This document shows positions 31,166 to 40,125 of a stretch of 64,000 nt of DNA, in pieces. The notes below the pieces were generated by a model that was not told the DNA's origin, searched no databases, and saw only the letters and a program-made list of their open reading frames with translations. Each line of letters begins with the position of its first letter. Position 1 is the stretch's first letter. The stretch spans positions 11,838 through 75,837 of the forward strand of contig CALFUV010000008.1 in assembly GCA_937929825.1 (NCBI GenBank). The letters run 5' to 3'. Source of the DNA: an uncultured Patescibacteria group bacterium. GTDB lineage: Bacteria; Patescibacteriota; Patescibacteriia; Veblenbacterales; UBA10138. Made by a program: the position numbers and the translations under genes.

Positions 31166-31902
31166 TGTTTGATTATATTAATTATTTTATAGACAATTAC
31201 AACATTCCGGTACTAACCGCATTTTTATTGGGAATTTTAACTTCTATTGGTCCGTGTCCACTGGCAACGAATATTACAGCGATCGCTTATATTTCTAGAG
31301 ATATTAAGTCACCCAAATACATAATTATATCTGGTCTTTTTTATATTTTAGGCAGAGGCATAAGCTATGCTTTATTAGCTGCTCTTATTTACTTCGGACT
31401 TTCGTCATTTCAAATTTCAAGAATTTTTCAAGGCTGGGGTGATAAAGTTTTGGGCCCAGTACTGATTTTAATTGGTCTTATGATGTTTGGTGTTATCAAA
31501 ATCAATTTAAAAAATAACAGCCAAACAATTGAAAAAATAAAATTGTGGCTGTCGGACAAAGGATATTTAGGTTCGTTATCTTTGGGTATGCTATTTGCTC
31601 TCGCTTTCTGCCCATACAGTGGTGTATTGTTTTTTGGTGCATTTATGCCTTTGGTTTTAATTACTGCTGGGGGTCCAGCCCTTTCGTTATTTTTTGCTTT
31701 AGGTACCGGCCTGCCAGTTATAATTTTTTCTTTTTTATTAGCTTTTTCTTTGCACAAAGTTAGTAAAATATTTAAAGCTGTTCAAAAAATAGAAAAGATT
31801 ATGCGTTATACTGTAGCGACAGTTTTTGTTGGTGTAGGTTTTTATTATTTAGGCTATTTTATTAGCTATTTATTAAACCGATTTATCGGGCAAGATTATT
31901 AA
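31165..31902 (+). CDS. CcdA/DsbD-family transmembrane disulfide-electron-transfer protein (paralog 1)
   Basis: Six TM helices with GILTSIGPCPLATN (TM1) and ALAFCPYSG (TM4). Start overlaps the upstream stop (ATGT). Confidence 0.55.
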   Translation: MFDYINYFIDNYNIPVLTAFLLGILTSIGPCPLATNITAIAYISRDIKSPKYIIISGLFYILGRGISYALLAALIYFGLSSFQISRIFQGWGDKVLGPVLILIGLMMFGVIKINLKNNSQTIEKIKLWLSDKGYLGSLSLGMLFALAFCPYSGVLFFGAFMPLVLITAGGPALSLFFALGTGLPVIIFSFLLAFSLHKVSKIFKAVQKIEKIMRYTVATVFVGVGFYYLGYFISYLLNRFIGQDY

Positions 31903-32106
31903 AATAAGCCAATCCGTGTTTAATCAGATTTTATTAATCATGAAGATAGTCTTTTTAATTGGTCGGCCGACTGGCGTTTTTATTTTTCATAATAACTTCT
32001 TATTTTTATTTATGTTATTTTAGTTTTTTTATTCTAAGACATTTACTAGTTATACCAAGATTATTTAAACATTATCAATAAATTAATTTGCTATAATAAA
32101 AAGGCT

Positions 32107-33450
32107 ATGAAAAAGCAGAGTTATTTGGCTATTTTTATTATTTTGCTGGTGATTTTGGTTTGGCAAAAATCATCATTTTTAGCTAAGGCACAAACTACCA
32201 GCGAAGAAAAAGCCTCTACCCGACAGGTTTTGGAGCAAGAATTGCGAGATATAGAAGAACAGATCAAAATCTACGAAAAGCAATTAATTACCATTAAAGG
32301 GGAAAAAAATACTTTGCAGAATAAGATAAATCAGTTGCGTAATCGGCAGGCTGCTTTGAATTTGGAAATTAAAGCCACCAATCTCAAGATCTCTGATTTG
32401 GAAAGAAAAATAAATGTTACTTTGGCTGATATTTCTCAGCATGAATTGTTAATAAATTCATTACGTCAACAGTTAGCTGATTATATTCGTCTTATGTATC
32501 AGCGTGATGGTTTTCCTGTTTATTACACTTTTTTATTAGGCGGCCGGCTTTCTGACATGATGACAGATTTAGAATCCTATGTGCAGATTAGTGAAGGTTT
32601 ACAGTTGTTGGTTAAGGAGCTTAAAGTAACTAAACAACAATTAGAAAGTCAGGCAGCAGTTTTGGCTGAACAAAAAGATGATAATAAGAATCTGCTTTCC
32701 TTAAGTATTTTACAACAGCAGTCTTTAGCTAGTTTGGTTACAGAACAAAATACTTTGTTGCGGCAAACACAGGGTCGGGAAAGTGAATATCAAAAAGAGT
32801 TGACCAATACTCGTAAGCGGGCCGCTGAAATACGTAGCCGTATTTACGAACTTTTAGGTGTTAGCAAGAATATTACTTTTGGACAAGCAGTAGAAATTGC
32901 CAGTTGGGTATCTAAATTAACCGGTGTGCGCACAGCTTTTTTGCTGGCAGTATTAACCCAAGAATCTAATTTAGGCAAGAATGTGGGGACTTGTAATCGA
33001 CCGGGAGATCCTCCAGAAAAAAGTTGGCGGGTAATTATGAAGCCGGATAGGGATCAAGAACCGTTTTTAGCTATTACTAAAGAATTGGGCATGAATCCAG
33101 ATGAAACACCGGTTTCTTGTCCTATGAGAAATAAAGACGGTTCTCAATTAGGTTGGGGCGGGGCTATGGGGCCGGCGCAGTTTATTCCTTCCACTTGGCA
33201 GGGGTATAAAGCGCGCGTCAGCGCTATTACCGGTAATAGTCCGGCAAATCCTTGGGATATTCGGGACGCTTTCGTGGCGGCGGCTATTCTACTTAAGAGT
33301 AACGGCGCTGATGGTACTCGCGATGGCGATTGGCGTGCGGCTATGCGTTATTTTTCCGGCGGTACCAATCCGGCTTATAGTTTTTATGGCAATAGCGTTT
33401 TGGAACTCACAGCTAAATATGAGGCTGATATAGCTACTTTAGGACAGTAA
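32107..33450 (+). CDS. Secreted coiled-coil protein with a C-terminal lytic-transglycosylase/lysozyme-like domain
   Basis: Signal peptide, about 250 aa of heptad-rich coiled coil, then TAFLLAVLTQESNLG (catalytic-Glu context) and GGAMGPAQFIPSTWQGY, which resemble the E-S and G-x-MQ motifs of family-1 lytic transglycosylases. Confidence 0.45.
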   Translation: MKKQSYLAIFIILLVILVWQKSSFLAKAQTTSEEKASTRQVLEQELRDIEEQIKIYEKQLITIKGEKNTLQNKINQLRNRQAALNLEIKATNLKISDLERKINVTLADISQHELLINSLRQQLADYIRLMYQRDGFPVYYTFLLGGRLSDMMTDLESYVQISEGLQLLVKELKVTKQQLESQAAVLAEQKDDNKNLLSLSILQQQSLASLVTEQNTLLRQTQGRESEYQKELTNTRKRAAEIRSRIYELLGVSKNITFGQAVEIASWVSKLTGVRTAFLLAVLTQESNLGKNVGTCNRPGDPPEKSWRVIMKPDRDQEPFLAITKELGMNPDETPVSCPMRNKDGSQLGWGGAMGPAQFIPSTWQGYKARVSAITGNSPANPWDIRDAFVAAAILLKSNGADGTRDGDWRAAMRYFSGGTNPAYSFYGNSVLELTAKYEADIATLGQ

Positions 33451-33924
33451 ATTATTTATAATAATTTTTACATTTAGCATATTTTCTAAATTACTGCCCA
33501 ATTCTGATCTAAAAAATTATTACTGCTGAATATAAAGTATTAGATATTTTAGATTTTAAATTACCCACTTTCCCCAATTCATAAAAAATAAGTGAATTAA
33601 TTGTGTGATAAATTTAATTAGGTAGGCTAGGCCAATTAATCTATTTTCATTGTTAGATCGGCCATATTATTTTAGTTCCTTCCTTTTTTATTAGCATTTT
33701 AGGTTTTTATTAGAGCATAAGTAAAGTTGATTGTTACTTAATAGTTAACCGGTCGTAATAAAAATAGCAGGCCCAAGGATCCATATGCCGCTTAATAATT
33801 AATAATTTAAGTTTATGTGTCGGCTGGTTACTGTTTCTATGAATTATTTGATTATTATTAAATAAAGATTTGCTCTTTTATAGTTGGCAGTTTTGGGCTA
33901 GAATAAGGTAACTAAGATTACTTT

Positions 33925-34485
33925 ATGGACCAAACTGAATTAAAAGCCATTGTTGCTTGTCAGGCTGGAAGGTTAGATCAGTTTACAGCCCTTTACGAGC
34001 TTTATGCAGAGCGTATTTATCGTTTTGTGTATTATAAAACTTGGCATCGTGAAGTAGCTGAAGATTTAACCTCCTTAACTTTTTTAAAAGCTCTTGAACA
34101 TATAACTGATTATGATATTGGGCGTGGCAATTTTTCCTCTTGGCTTTATCGTATAGCTCATAATAATGTGGTAGATTATTATCGCACCGCTAAATTGGCA
34201 GTTGATATTGATGATATTTTTAATCTGGCCGCCAAGCAGGATTTATTCACGAAAACAGAAGTTAATTTAGCACTTGAAGAAGTAAAAAAATACCTTGGTT
34301 CTTTATCTTCAGAAACTCGTGATCTTTTGTTTATGAGATTATGGCAAGGGTTATCATATCAGGAAATAGCCGAAATTACCGGCAAGAGTGAAGGAGCTTT
34401 AAAAATGTCTGCCTCCCGTGCTCTGAGGCAATTACGAGACGGGTTTTCAGCTGTAGTTTTCTTACTTATTGCCAACTTAATTTAA
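33925..34485 (+). CDS. ECF (sigma-70 family group 4) sigma factor
   Basis: Region 2 ERIYRFVYYKTWHREVAEDLTSLTFLKA...IAHNNVVDYYR, region 4 LSYQEIAEITGKSEGALKMSASRALRQLR. Confidence 0.8.
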   Translation: MDQTELKAIVACQAGRLDQFTALYELYAERIYRFVYYKTWHREVAEDLTSLTFLKALEHITDYDIGRGNFSSWLYRIAHNNVVDYYRTAKLAVDIDDIFNLAAKQDLFTKTEVNLALEEVKKYLGSLSSETRDLLFMRLWQGLSYQEIAEITGKSEGALKMSASRALRQLRDGFSAVVFLLIANLI

Positions 34486-34487
34486 AT

Positions 34488-36107
34488 ATGCCCCAAACCA
34501 TTCGCACAATTTTGGAAGAACTTTATCAGCTTGATCCGGAACTTCGTGCCCGGGAGGCTGAATTGGCACCGTTAATACTGCGCTTGGTTCAGGCTAAACC
34601 AAATATTAAACCATCACCTAAATTTTTCGTTGATTTAAAGGTAAAACTTATGAATAAAGAAAAAGAATTAATGTCAGTTAATAAAGAGTTAGTACAGGAG
34701 ACCAAATTAAATCCGTGGTTTAATTTAGCTTCTTTTATGCGCCAGCCTTATTTACTTACAATGGTGGCTTTAGTGGCTTTTATGCTCATTTTAATTTCCA
34801 GCTTACCCGGTACTATACGCCGGTTTAATCGGATTAATCAGTTTGAGCCGGGTATTACTCGTTTACCAAATGGCGCCTTTGGTAATTTATTAGCTGTATC
34901 TGATGGTACGCCGATTGGTTGGGGTGGAGCTGGTAAGACGACTAGGCCTTCTACAAGTGATATTCGTACAGTTACAAATCAATTTTCTCCGACGCCGGCT
35001 GGTTTGGGCGGGGAAGCTGGTATGAATCAGGCTATGATTTATCCTTATCCGGAGTACTCTTATAAATTTATAGGCGCAAAAATGGAAGATTTACCAGCAC
35101 AGGTTGATGTCTTGCGGAGAATTAAAAATGTTGGTTTATCCGTGAACAACAGCTTTCTAAGAAGTTTTGACGTGGGTAGTTTTAAATTGGATAGTTTCTC
35201 CGGTGCCAGTTTATCCCAAATTACTCTTACTGAAGATAAAGAATACGGTTATATTATAAGCATTGATTTTTTGGAAGGAATGGTGAATGTTTACGAAAAT
35301 TGGCGTCGTTGGCCACAGCCGTTTAATGATTGTCACGACGAAGATTGTTATCACCGCTTGCAAATTAGACCGGAGCAGGTGCCGGTTGATGAAAGTTTAA
35401 TTGCCATTGCCAACGCTTGGCTGCGCGAACATGGCATTAATACTTCTGCCTATGGTACGCCTTTTATACAAGATGATTGGCGCTTGTATTACGATCAAGC
35501 TGAAGATAAATCTACGGTTTATGTGCCAGATATTATCACGGTTATTTATCCAATTAAGATTAATAATTTCTCAGTATACGAATATAGCGGTAATCAAATA
35601 GGTTTGGGCGTGAATATCAATATTCGTTACAATCGCGTTTCCGGTATGTGGAATATGTCTAGTCTGCGTTTTGAAGCTTCATCTTATGAAGCGGAAACTG
35701 ATTGGGATACTTTGCTAAAATACGCTACGTCCGGCGGGCAGGGTTATCCTACGCCTTTGATTTACCCGACAAACGACTTTGATCAAAATAAAAAAGTTGA
35801 ATTTAATTTAGAAACCCCCACCATTGGTTATTTGAGATACTGGCATTATCAAAATGGCGATAATCAGGAGTTATTATTACCGGCCCTTGTTTTTCCGGTG
35901 AAACCGGCAAAGCAGAACTATGTTTTTATGCCCCAAAATGTTGTAGTCCCATTGGTCAAAGAATTTTTACAATCAAGTTATATTGATGGACCGGTTAAAA
36001 TAATGCCGGCTGTAGGTGTGCCTGATGTGCCGGTATCTTCAGATGGCAGTGGCGGTGTGACTGAACAGTCTGTTAACCCAAGTATTGAGTCAATGTTAAT
36101 TCGTTAA
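34488..36107 (+). CDS. Putative anti-sigma factor: single-pass membrane protein co-transcribed with the ECF sigma factor
   Basis: Starts 3 nt after the sigma-factor stop. Roughly 85-aa cytoplasmic N-terminus, one TM (YLLTMVALVAFMLILISSL), about 430-aa extracytoplasmic domain. The architecture is typical of ECF anti-sigma factors; this is inferred, not shown. Confidence 0.35.
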   Translation: MPQTIRTILEELYQLDPELRAREAELAPLILRLVQAKPNIKPSPKFFVDLKVKLMNKEKELMSVNKELVQETKLNPWFNLASFMRQPYLLTMVALVAFMLILISSLPGTIRRFNRINQFEPGITRLPNGAFGNLLAVSDGTPIGWGGAGKTTRPSTSDIRTVTNQFSPTPAGLGGEAGMNQAMIYPYPEYSYKFIGAKMEDLPAQVDVLRRIKNVGLSVNNSFLRSFDVGSFKLDSFSGASLSQITLTEDKEYGYIISIDFLEGMVNVYENWRRWPQPFNDCHDEDCYHRLQIRPEQVPVDESLIAIANAWLREHGINTSAYGTPFIQDDWRLYYDQAEDKSTVYVPDIITVIYPIKINNFSVYEYSGNQIGLGVNINIRYNRVSGMWNMSSLRFEASSYEAETDWDTLLKYATSGGQGYPTPLIYPTNDFDQNKKVEFNLETPTIGYLRYWHYQNGDNQELLLPALVFPVKPAKQNYVFMPQNVVVPLVKEFLQSSYIDGPVKIMPAVGVPDVPVSSDGSGGVTEQSVNPSIESMLIR

Positions 36108-36125
36108 AATTTTCAGGCCCGTGGT

Positions 36126-36698
36126 ATGTTAACAGCTAAGGCGCGTAATTTAATATTAGGTTTTATAATCCTAGTCAGTTTTGGTTTTTTCTTAAGCCGT
36201 TTAGTTATTAAACCAATGCCGGAAGAAAAAATACCACCAACCATGCGCTTAGAAGTTTTTTATTCAAATACCGAACTTGATCCACCTGATATTTATGATT
36301 GCACACTAGTTTATCCGGTGGAAAGAGTGGTGCCGCGCCAAGCAGATATTATTCGTGTTGCTTTACAGGAATTATTAAAAGGTCCAACTGATGAGGAAAA
36401 AGACCAAGGCTATACATCTCCTTTTTCTGCCGCTACGGCCGATATTTTAGTTTCCGTACGCACTAGTGGCGGCACAGCTTATGTTGATTTTAAAGATTTT
36501 CGAGAGTTGTTACCCGAAGTTTCCGCATCTTGTGGTTCCCAACAATTCAGGCATCAGGTGGAGCAGACTTTAAAGCAATTTCCCGGTGTGGGCCGTGTTA
36601 TTTACGCTATAGAAAAAATCCCCCAAACTTTTTATGATTTTGTGGGCGTAGGTTGTGATTGGCCTGGTACTACTTGTGACGCTTCCCAGTTTCCTTAA
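36126..36698 (+). CDS. GerMN-domain protein (secreted or anchored)
   Basis: N-terminal anchor, IIRVALQELLKGPTDEEKDQGYTSPF and later TAYVDFKDF, the GerMN LL.GPT motif. Confidence 0.5.
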   Translation: MLTAKARNLILGFIILVSFGFFLSRLVIKPMPEEKIPPTMRLEVFYSNTELDPPDIYDCTLVYPVERVVPRQADIIRVALQELLKGPTDEEKDQGYTSPFSAATADILVSVRTSGGTAYVDFKDFRELLPEVSASCGSQQFRHQVEQTLKQFPGVGRVIYAIEKIPQTFYDFVGVGCDWPGTTCDASQFP

Positions 36699-36754
36699 AG
36701 TTTCCTTAAAGTAAAATTTTTAAATCGCCACTTCTTTAAATAAGTGGCGCAAGA

Positions 36755-36898
36755 ATCGCCGCCTCGGTCTTCGTGTCATGCAGTGCTCGCCGCACTCACT
36801 AACGAGCCCTATGCATAAAGGTCGTAACACGAGCTCGTTGGCCATTCGCGCGTCTTCCACTCTGCTACTAACACTACGACAGGGCGGCAGAAGATAGT
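36755..36898. ncRNA. Candidate structured RNA element, copy A (GC-rich, about 144 nt; homologous to 55509..55651); strand unknown
   Basis: About 58% GC in an AT-rich intergenic region. About 70% identical to copy B over the same length; central hairpin ACGAGC/GCTCGT (36802-36807 / 36833-36838) corresponds to a covarying stem in B. Confidence 0.4.
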
Positions 36899-36955
36899 TT
36901 CTACTGGAGCCTTTATTAGACACTAGTGTGTTATGTGTTCCATGTTATGTGATAT

Positions 36956-37738
36956 GTGTATAATAAAGTCATGGATTTTGGTTTGAACGTTTCCACTTTA
37001 ATTTTACCAGCATTTTTTGCCGGTATTCTAACTTTTTTGGCACCCTGTACTCTGCCTCTTATCCCCGGTTATTTGGCTTTTATCAGCGGGGTGTCTTTGC
37101 GCGAGTTACAGCAAAAAAATTCAGTTAGTTTACGTCGAAAGGTTTTTTTTAATGGATTATGGTACGTAGTTGGATTTAGTTTAGTTTTCGTTATTTTGGG
37201 TGGAGTTTTTGGTTCTCTTGGTTTGTTATTGGCGCCGTATCGATTACTCTTGGGCAGGTTAGGAGGTATAATAGTGATTTTTTTTGGTCTTTATTTAATT
37301 GGCGTGATTCGTTTGCCTGTACTTTTAGGTGAACATAAATTGCACTTAGAGCGTTTTTTACGTCCGGGCTATAAAACTTCTTCATTTCTGTTCGGCGCCA
37401 CTTTTGCTTTTGGTTGGACGCCTTGCATTGGGCCAATTTTAGCCTCCATTTTGTTATTAGCTTCTTATTCTGCTACTGCCGCCAAAGGTGCTTTTTTGTT
37501 GTTGGTTTTTGCCGCTGGATTAGCCGTGCCGTTTTTATTGTTGGCTTGGGGCGTAGGTGCGGTGTCGCGTTATCTTGTTAAGCTTGGGCCTTATTTAAAA
37601 TTATTATCTGTTATTGGCGGCATTTTACTGGTTTTAATAGGTTTTCTTTTACTGAGTAATAAGTTTGGTTGGTGGTTGCAATGGGCTTATAAAATTTTTG
37701 GTTTTTTAAATTACCAAGTTTTGTTAAAGTATTTATAA
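36956..37738 (+). CDS. ccdA: Cytochrome c-type biogenesis protein CcdA / DsbD transmembrane domain (paralog 2)
   Basis: FFAGILTFLAPCTLPLIPGY (TM1) and GWTPCIGPIL (TM4), the canonical CcdA motifs. Confidence 0.8.
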   Translation: MYNKVMDFGLNVSTLILPAFFAGILTFLAPCTLPLIPGYLAFISGVSLRELQQKNSVSLRRKVFFNGLWYVVGFSLVFVILGGVFGSLGLLLAPYRLLLGRLGGIIVIFFGLYLIGVIRLPVLLGEHKLHLERFLRPGYKTSSFLFGATFAFGWTPCIGPILASILLLASYSATAAKGAFLLLVFAAGLAVPFLLLAWGVGAVSRYLVKLGPYLKLLSVIGGILLVLIGFLLLSNKFGWWLQWAYKIFGFLNYQVLLKYL

Positions 37739-37742
37739 AATA

Positions 37743-37769
37743 AAGCCGCTTTTAGAAAAGCGGCTTTTT
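37743..37769. terminator. Bidirectional intrinsic terminator between convergent ccdA (+) and pgpA (-)
   Basis: AAAGCCGCTTTT-ag-AAAAGCGGCTTTTT. Confidence 0.65.
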
Positions 37770-37770
37770 A

Positions 37771-38331
37771 TTAAACGTTAAAGATTTTTATGGTGCTGTA
37801 TAAAAATATAGCGCTATATATACCAGCTACCACGTCGTCCATCATTATGCCAAAGGACTCCTGCATTCGGCTAAAGATTCGTGCTGGCCAAAATTTTACG
37901 ATATCAAAGAATCGGAAGTAGATAAGAGCCAGTATAAATACCAGCCACCAGTTTTCAATCTGCAACCAAGTTAGCGGCAGACAGGTGATTAACATTCCCA
38001 CTACTTCATCAATAACAATTTGATTTTGATCATGAATCTTAGTTTGGCCATAACAATCTGTTCTAGGCCCCAAAGCTCTTTCAGCAGCTTCTATTACGGC
38101 CTGTCCTAACAAGAATATTATTGCTACCCATATCACATATATTAGCCAGTGGCCGTCAGTTTTATACATGGTCTGCTCATTAATATCACGCGCTAAGTAA
38201 ACCAGTAAGGCGCAAAGAGGTAGGGCTGATATAGATCCGTAAGTTCCAGCCATGTCTTTGAGTAATTTGGGCGAAGGAATTAATCCACTACCAAACCAGG
38301 TAGCTATAGTGAGAACAAATAGTTTTTTCAT
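37771..38331 (-). CDS. pgpA: Phosphatidylglycerophosphatase A
   Basis: LTIATWFGSGLIPSPKLLKDMAGTYGSISALPL matches the PgpA FGSG...APGT.GS core; 186 aa. Confidence 0.65.
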   Translation of the reverse strand: MKKLFVLTIATWFGSGLIPSPKLLKDMAGTYGSISALPLCALLVYLARDINEQTMYKTDGHWLIYVIWVAIIFLLGQAVIEAAERALGPRTDCYGQTKIHDQNQIVIDEVVGMLITCLPLTWLQIENWWLVFILALIYFRFFDIVKFWPARIFSRMQESFGIMMDDVVAGIYSAIFLYSTIKIFNV

Positions 38332-38437
38332 CTTTTACTCCTTTATTGTTAATGAATAATTTTTGTTTTTGTGCCGCTATCTTAGATTAGTTCATAAATT
38401 TCGTCAATTAACCGAGCATAGGTTACAATTAGTTGGT

Positions 38438-39211
38438 ATGGAATTTATTTATGCCATTATTTTAGGCACAGTGGAAGGTATTACCGAATTTTTGCCCATT
38501 TCTTCAACTGGACATTTAATACTGGTGGAAAAGTTATTGAATATTTACCCCACTGATTTTTGGAAGAGTTTTATTGTAATCATTCAGTTGGGAGCTATTT
38601 TAGCAGTCTTAATTCTTTATTGGCGTAAACTTTTACTTAATGGTGAGATTTTTAAAAAAGTTGCCTTGGCCTTTTTACCCACGGCCATTGTTGGTTTAGT
38701 TTTATACCCCATAATCAAGCAATACTTGTTAGGTTCGGTTGCCGTAGTTTTATGTGTTTTGGCTTTGGGCGGCGCGGCTATAATTTTATTTGAACGTTGG
38801 TATAAAGAATTACCTGAGGCAGTGGGTAATCTTGATCTTATTACTTACCGACAAGCTTTTATAATTGGCTTGGCTCAATCAGTGGCGGTAGTTCCGGGTG
38901 TGTCGCGGGCCGCGGCCACTATTATGGGTGGTTTATTTTTAGGTTTATCACGGCACACAATCGTGGAGTTTTCTTTTTTACTGGCTGTGCCCACTATGGC
39001 GGCCGCTACCGGTTTTGATCTTTTTAAAATAGGTTTTCAATTTAGCAGTTCAGAATGGCTCGTTTTATTTATAGGTTTTGTTTTTTCTTTTTTGTCTGCC
39101 ATGTTTGCCGTACGTTGGCTTCTGCGTTATGTGTCACATCACGATTTAACGGCTTTTGGTTGGTACAGAATTATTTTAGCTGTCCTTTTGGCAATTGTGT
39201 TTTATATATAA
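38438..39211 (+). CDS. uppP: Undecaprenyl-diphosphatase (UppP/BacA)
   Basis: MEFIYAIILGTVEGITEFLPISSTGHLIL... The start is taken at ATG 38438 rather than the track's 38363, by alignment to typical UppP N-termini. Confidence 0.85.
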   Translation: MEFIYAIILGTVEGITEFLPISSTGHLILVEKLLNIYPTDFWKSFIVIIQLGAILAVLILYWRKLLLNGEIFKKVALAFLPTAIVGLVLYPIIKQYLLGSVAVVLCVLALGGAAIILFERWYKELPEAVGNLDLITYRQAFIIGLAQSVAVVPGVSRAAATIMGGLFLGLSRHTIVEFSFLLAVPTMAAATGFDLFKIGFQFSSSEWLVLFIGFVFSFLSAMFAVRWLLRYVSHHDLTAFGWYRIILAVLLAIVFYI

Positions 39212-39301
39212 AAACAAGCTCTAGCCTAATTAAGCTAAGAGCTTGGGTTATTTATAAATTATTTGTCCAGCAAGATTCCACTTTTTTAACCAATGCGCTG
39301 G

Positions 39302-39562
39302 TTAGTGTTTTATTTCACCAATATGAATCTTCATTTTTTGAAGGGTTTGTAAAATACTTAGATCATTTTTTTCTGCACAATTAAACTCACAAGAATACAC
39401 CGGGAAATAATTATTATTCATTCCCAATTTTTTAAGTTTAGGATGAAAACCTGTAATGTTTTTTAAGATAGTGTATAATGATTCTTCATTATGAGAAAAG
39501 TAAACAGTGATAGTAACAGTCATGAGATTTCTCCTCATTTTTGTTTTTTGGTAAAGAGACAA
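39302..39562 (-). CDS. Hypothetical small protein (86 aa, possibly ~71 aa from the internal Met)
   Basis: ORF only, with an alpha/beta-like composition. A hairpin at 39215-39245 (CAAGCTCT...AGAGCTTG) lies between it and uppP. Confidence 0.3.
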   Translation of the reverse strand: MSLYQKTKMRRNLMTVTITVYFSHNEESLYTILKNITGFHPKLKKLGMNNNYFPVYSCEFNCAEKNDLSILQTLQKMKIHIGEIKH

Positions 39563-40102
39563 TTTTTCCTTCAGCTTAGATGATTGAATAGCCTAAAGTC
39601 AAATACTGGCGTGTTAGTCTTTAAAAAGCTATTATTAAAGTGATATTATAATTCTTAATTAATTAAAATTTATGTATAATCCTTCCGAACCCCTACCGCC
39701 GATTGTCCTATTATTTGGGCTTTATTTATTATTTGGCGCCAGTTTTATGTTGGGCATGATGTCGGCCACTTCTTTATATTTTTTGGCTAATTTATAATTT
39801 CCTGTTTATAAACAGCTATATAAAATGGCCAAATTTTCAATTTCTTATATATTTTAAAGATAAAGCAGATATAATTAATTTATATTTATAATCTAGAAAG
39901 TGTTTTTACTGGTAGGAGTTGTTTGACCTTAAGTTTTTACTTTCTAATGTCTTGGGTTTTAATTTATTAAAATAATCAAATTAAGTTACAATAACTTACT
40001 TTGAAACTTATTAATCTGGAGCATAATATAAGTAATATTAAGACCATTAGAATTTCAGTCTTTTGTATTGATGAATTTACCTGGCCAACTATGCCGTGGC
40101 TA

Positions 40103-40125
40103 CATTCGTACGAATAGTAGAATGA
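40103..40125 (+). promoter_or_regulatory. Operator/promoter motif copy 1: palindrome TTCGTACGAA plus TAGAAT -10-like box, 20 nt upstream of the ArsR-like gene
   Basis: CATTCGTACGAATAGTAGAATGA; nearly identical to copies at 40447 and 40856. Confidence 0.45.

Noticed and set aside
36721-36750. Hairpin CGCCACTT-ctttaaat-AAGTGGCG between the GerMN gene A stop and element A, as an intrinsic terminator
   Set aside because: No T-run follows it (CAAGAATCGCC...). It may belong to the structured element or be a processing site, so it is not called as a terminator.
36720-36923. Minus-strand ORFs 36720..36923 (67 aa) and 55437..55709 (90 aa) covering the two GC-rich elements
   Set aside because: The two copies differ by indels that are not multiples of three, so no common reading frame is preserved. 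Stem covariation argues for RNA-level rather than protein-level conservation.
39055-39384. Track ORF 39055..39384 (109 aa, +)
   Set aside because: It overlaps the 3' end of uppP in another frame and the convergent minus-strand gene. It has no RBS and a composition typical of out-of-frame translation.
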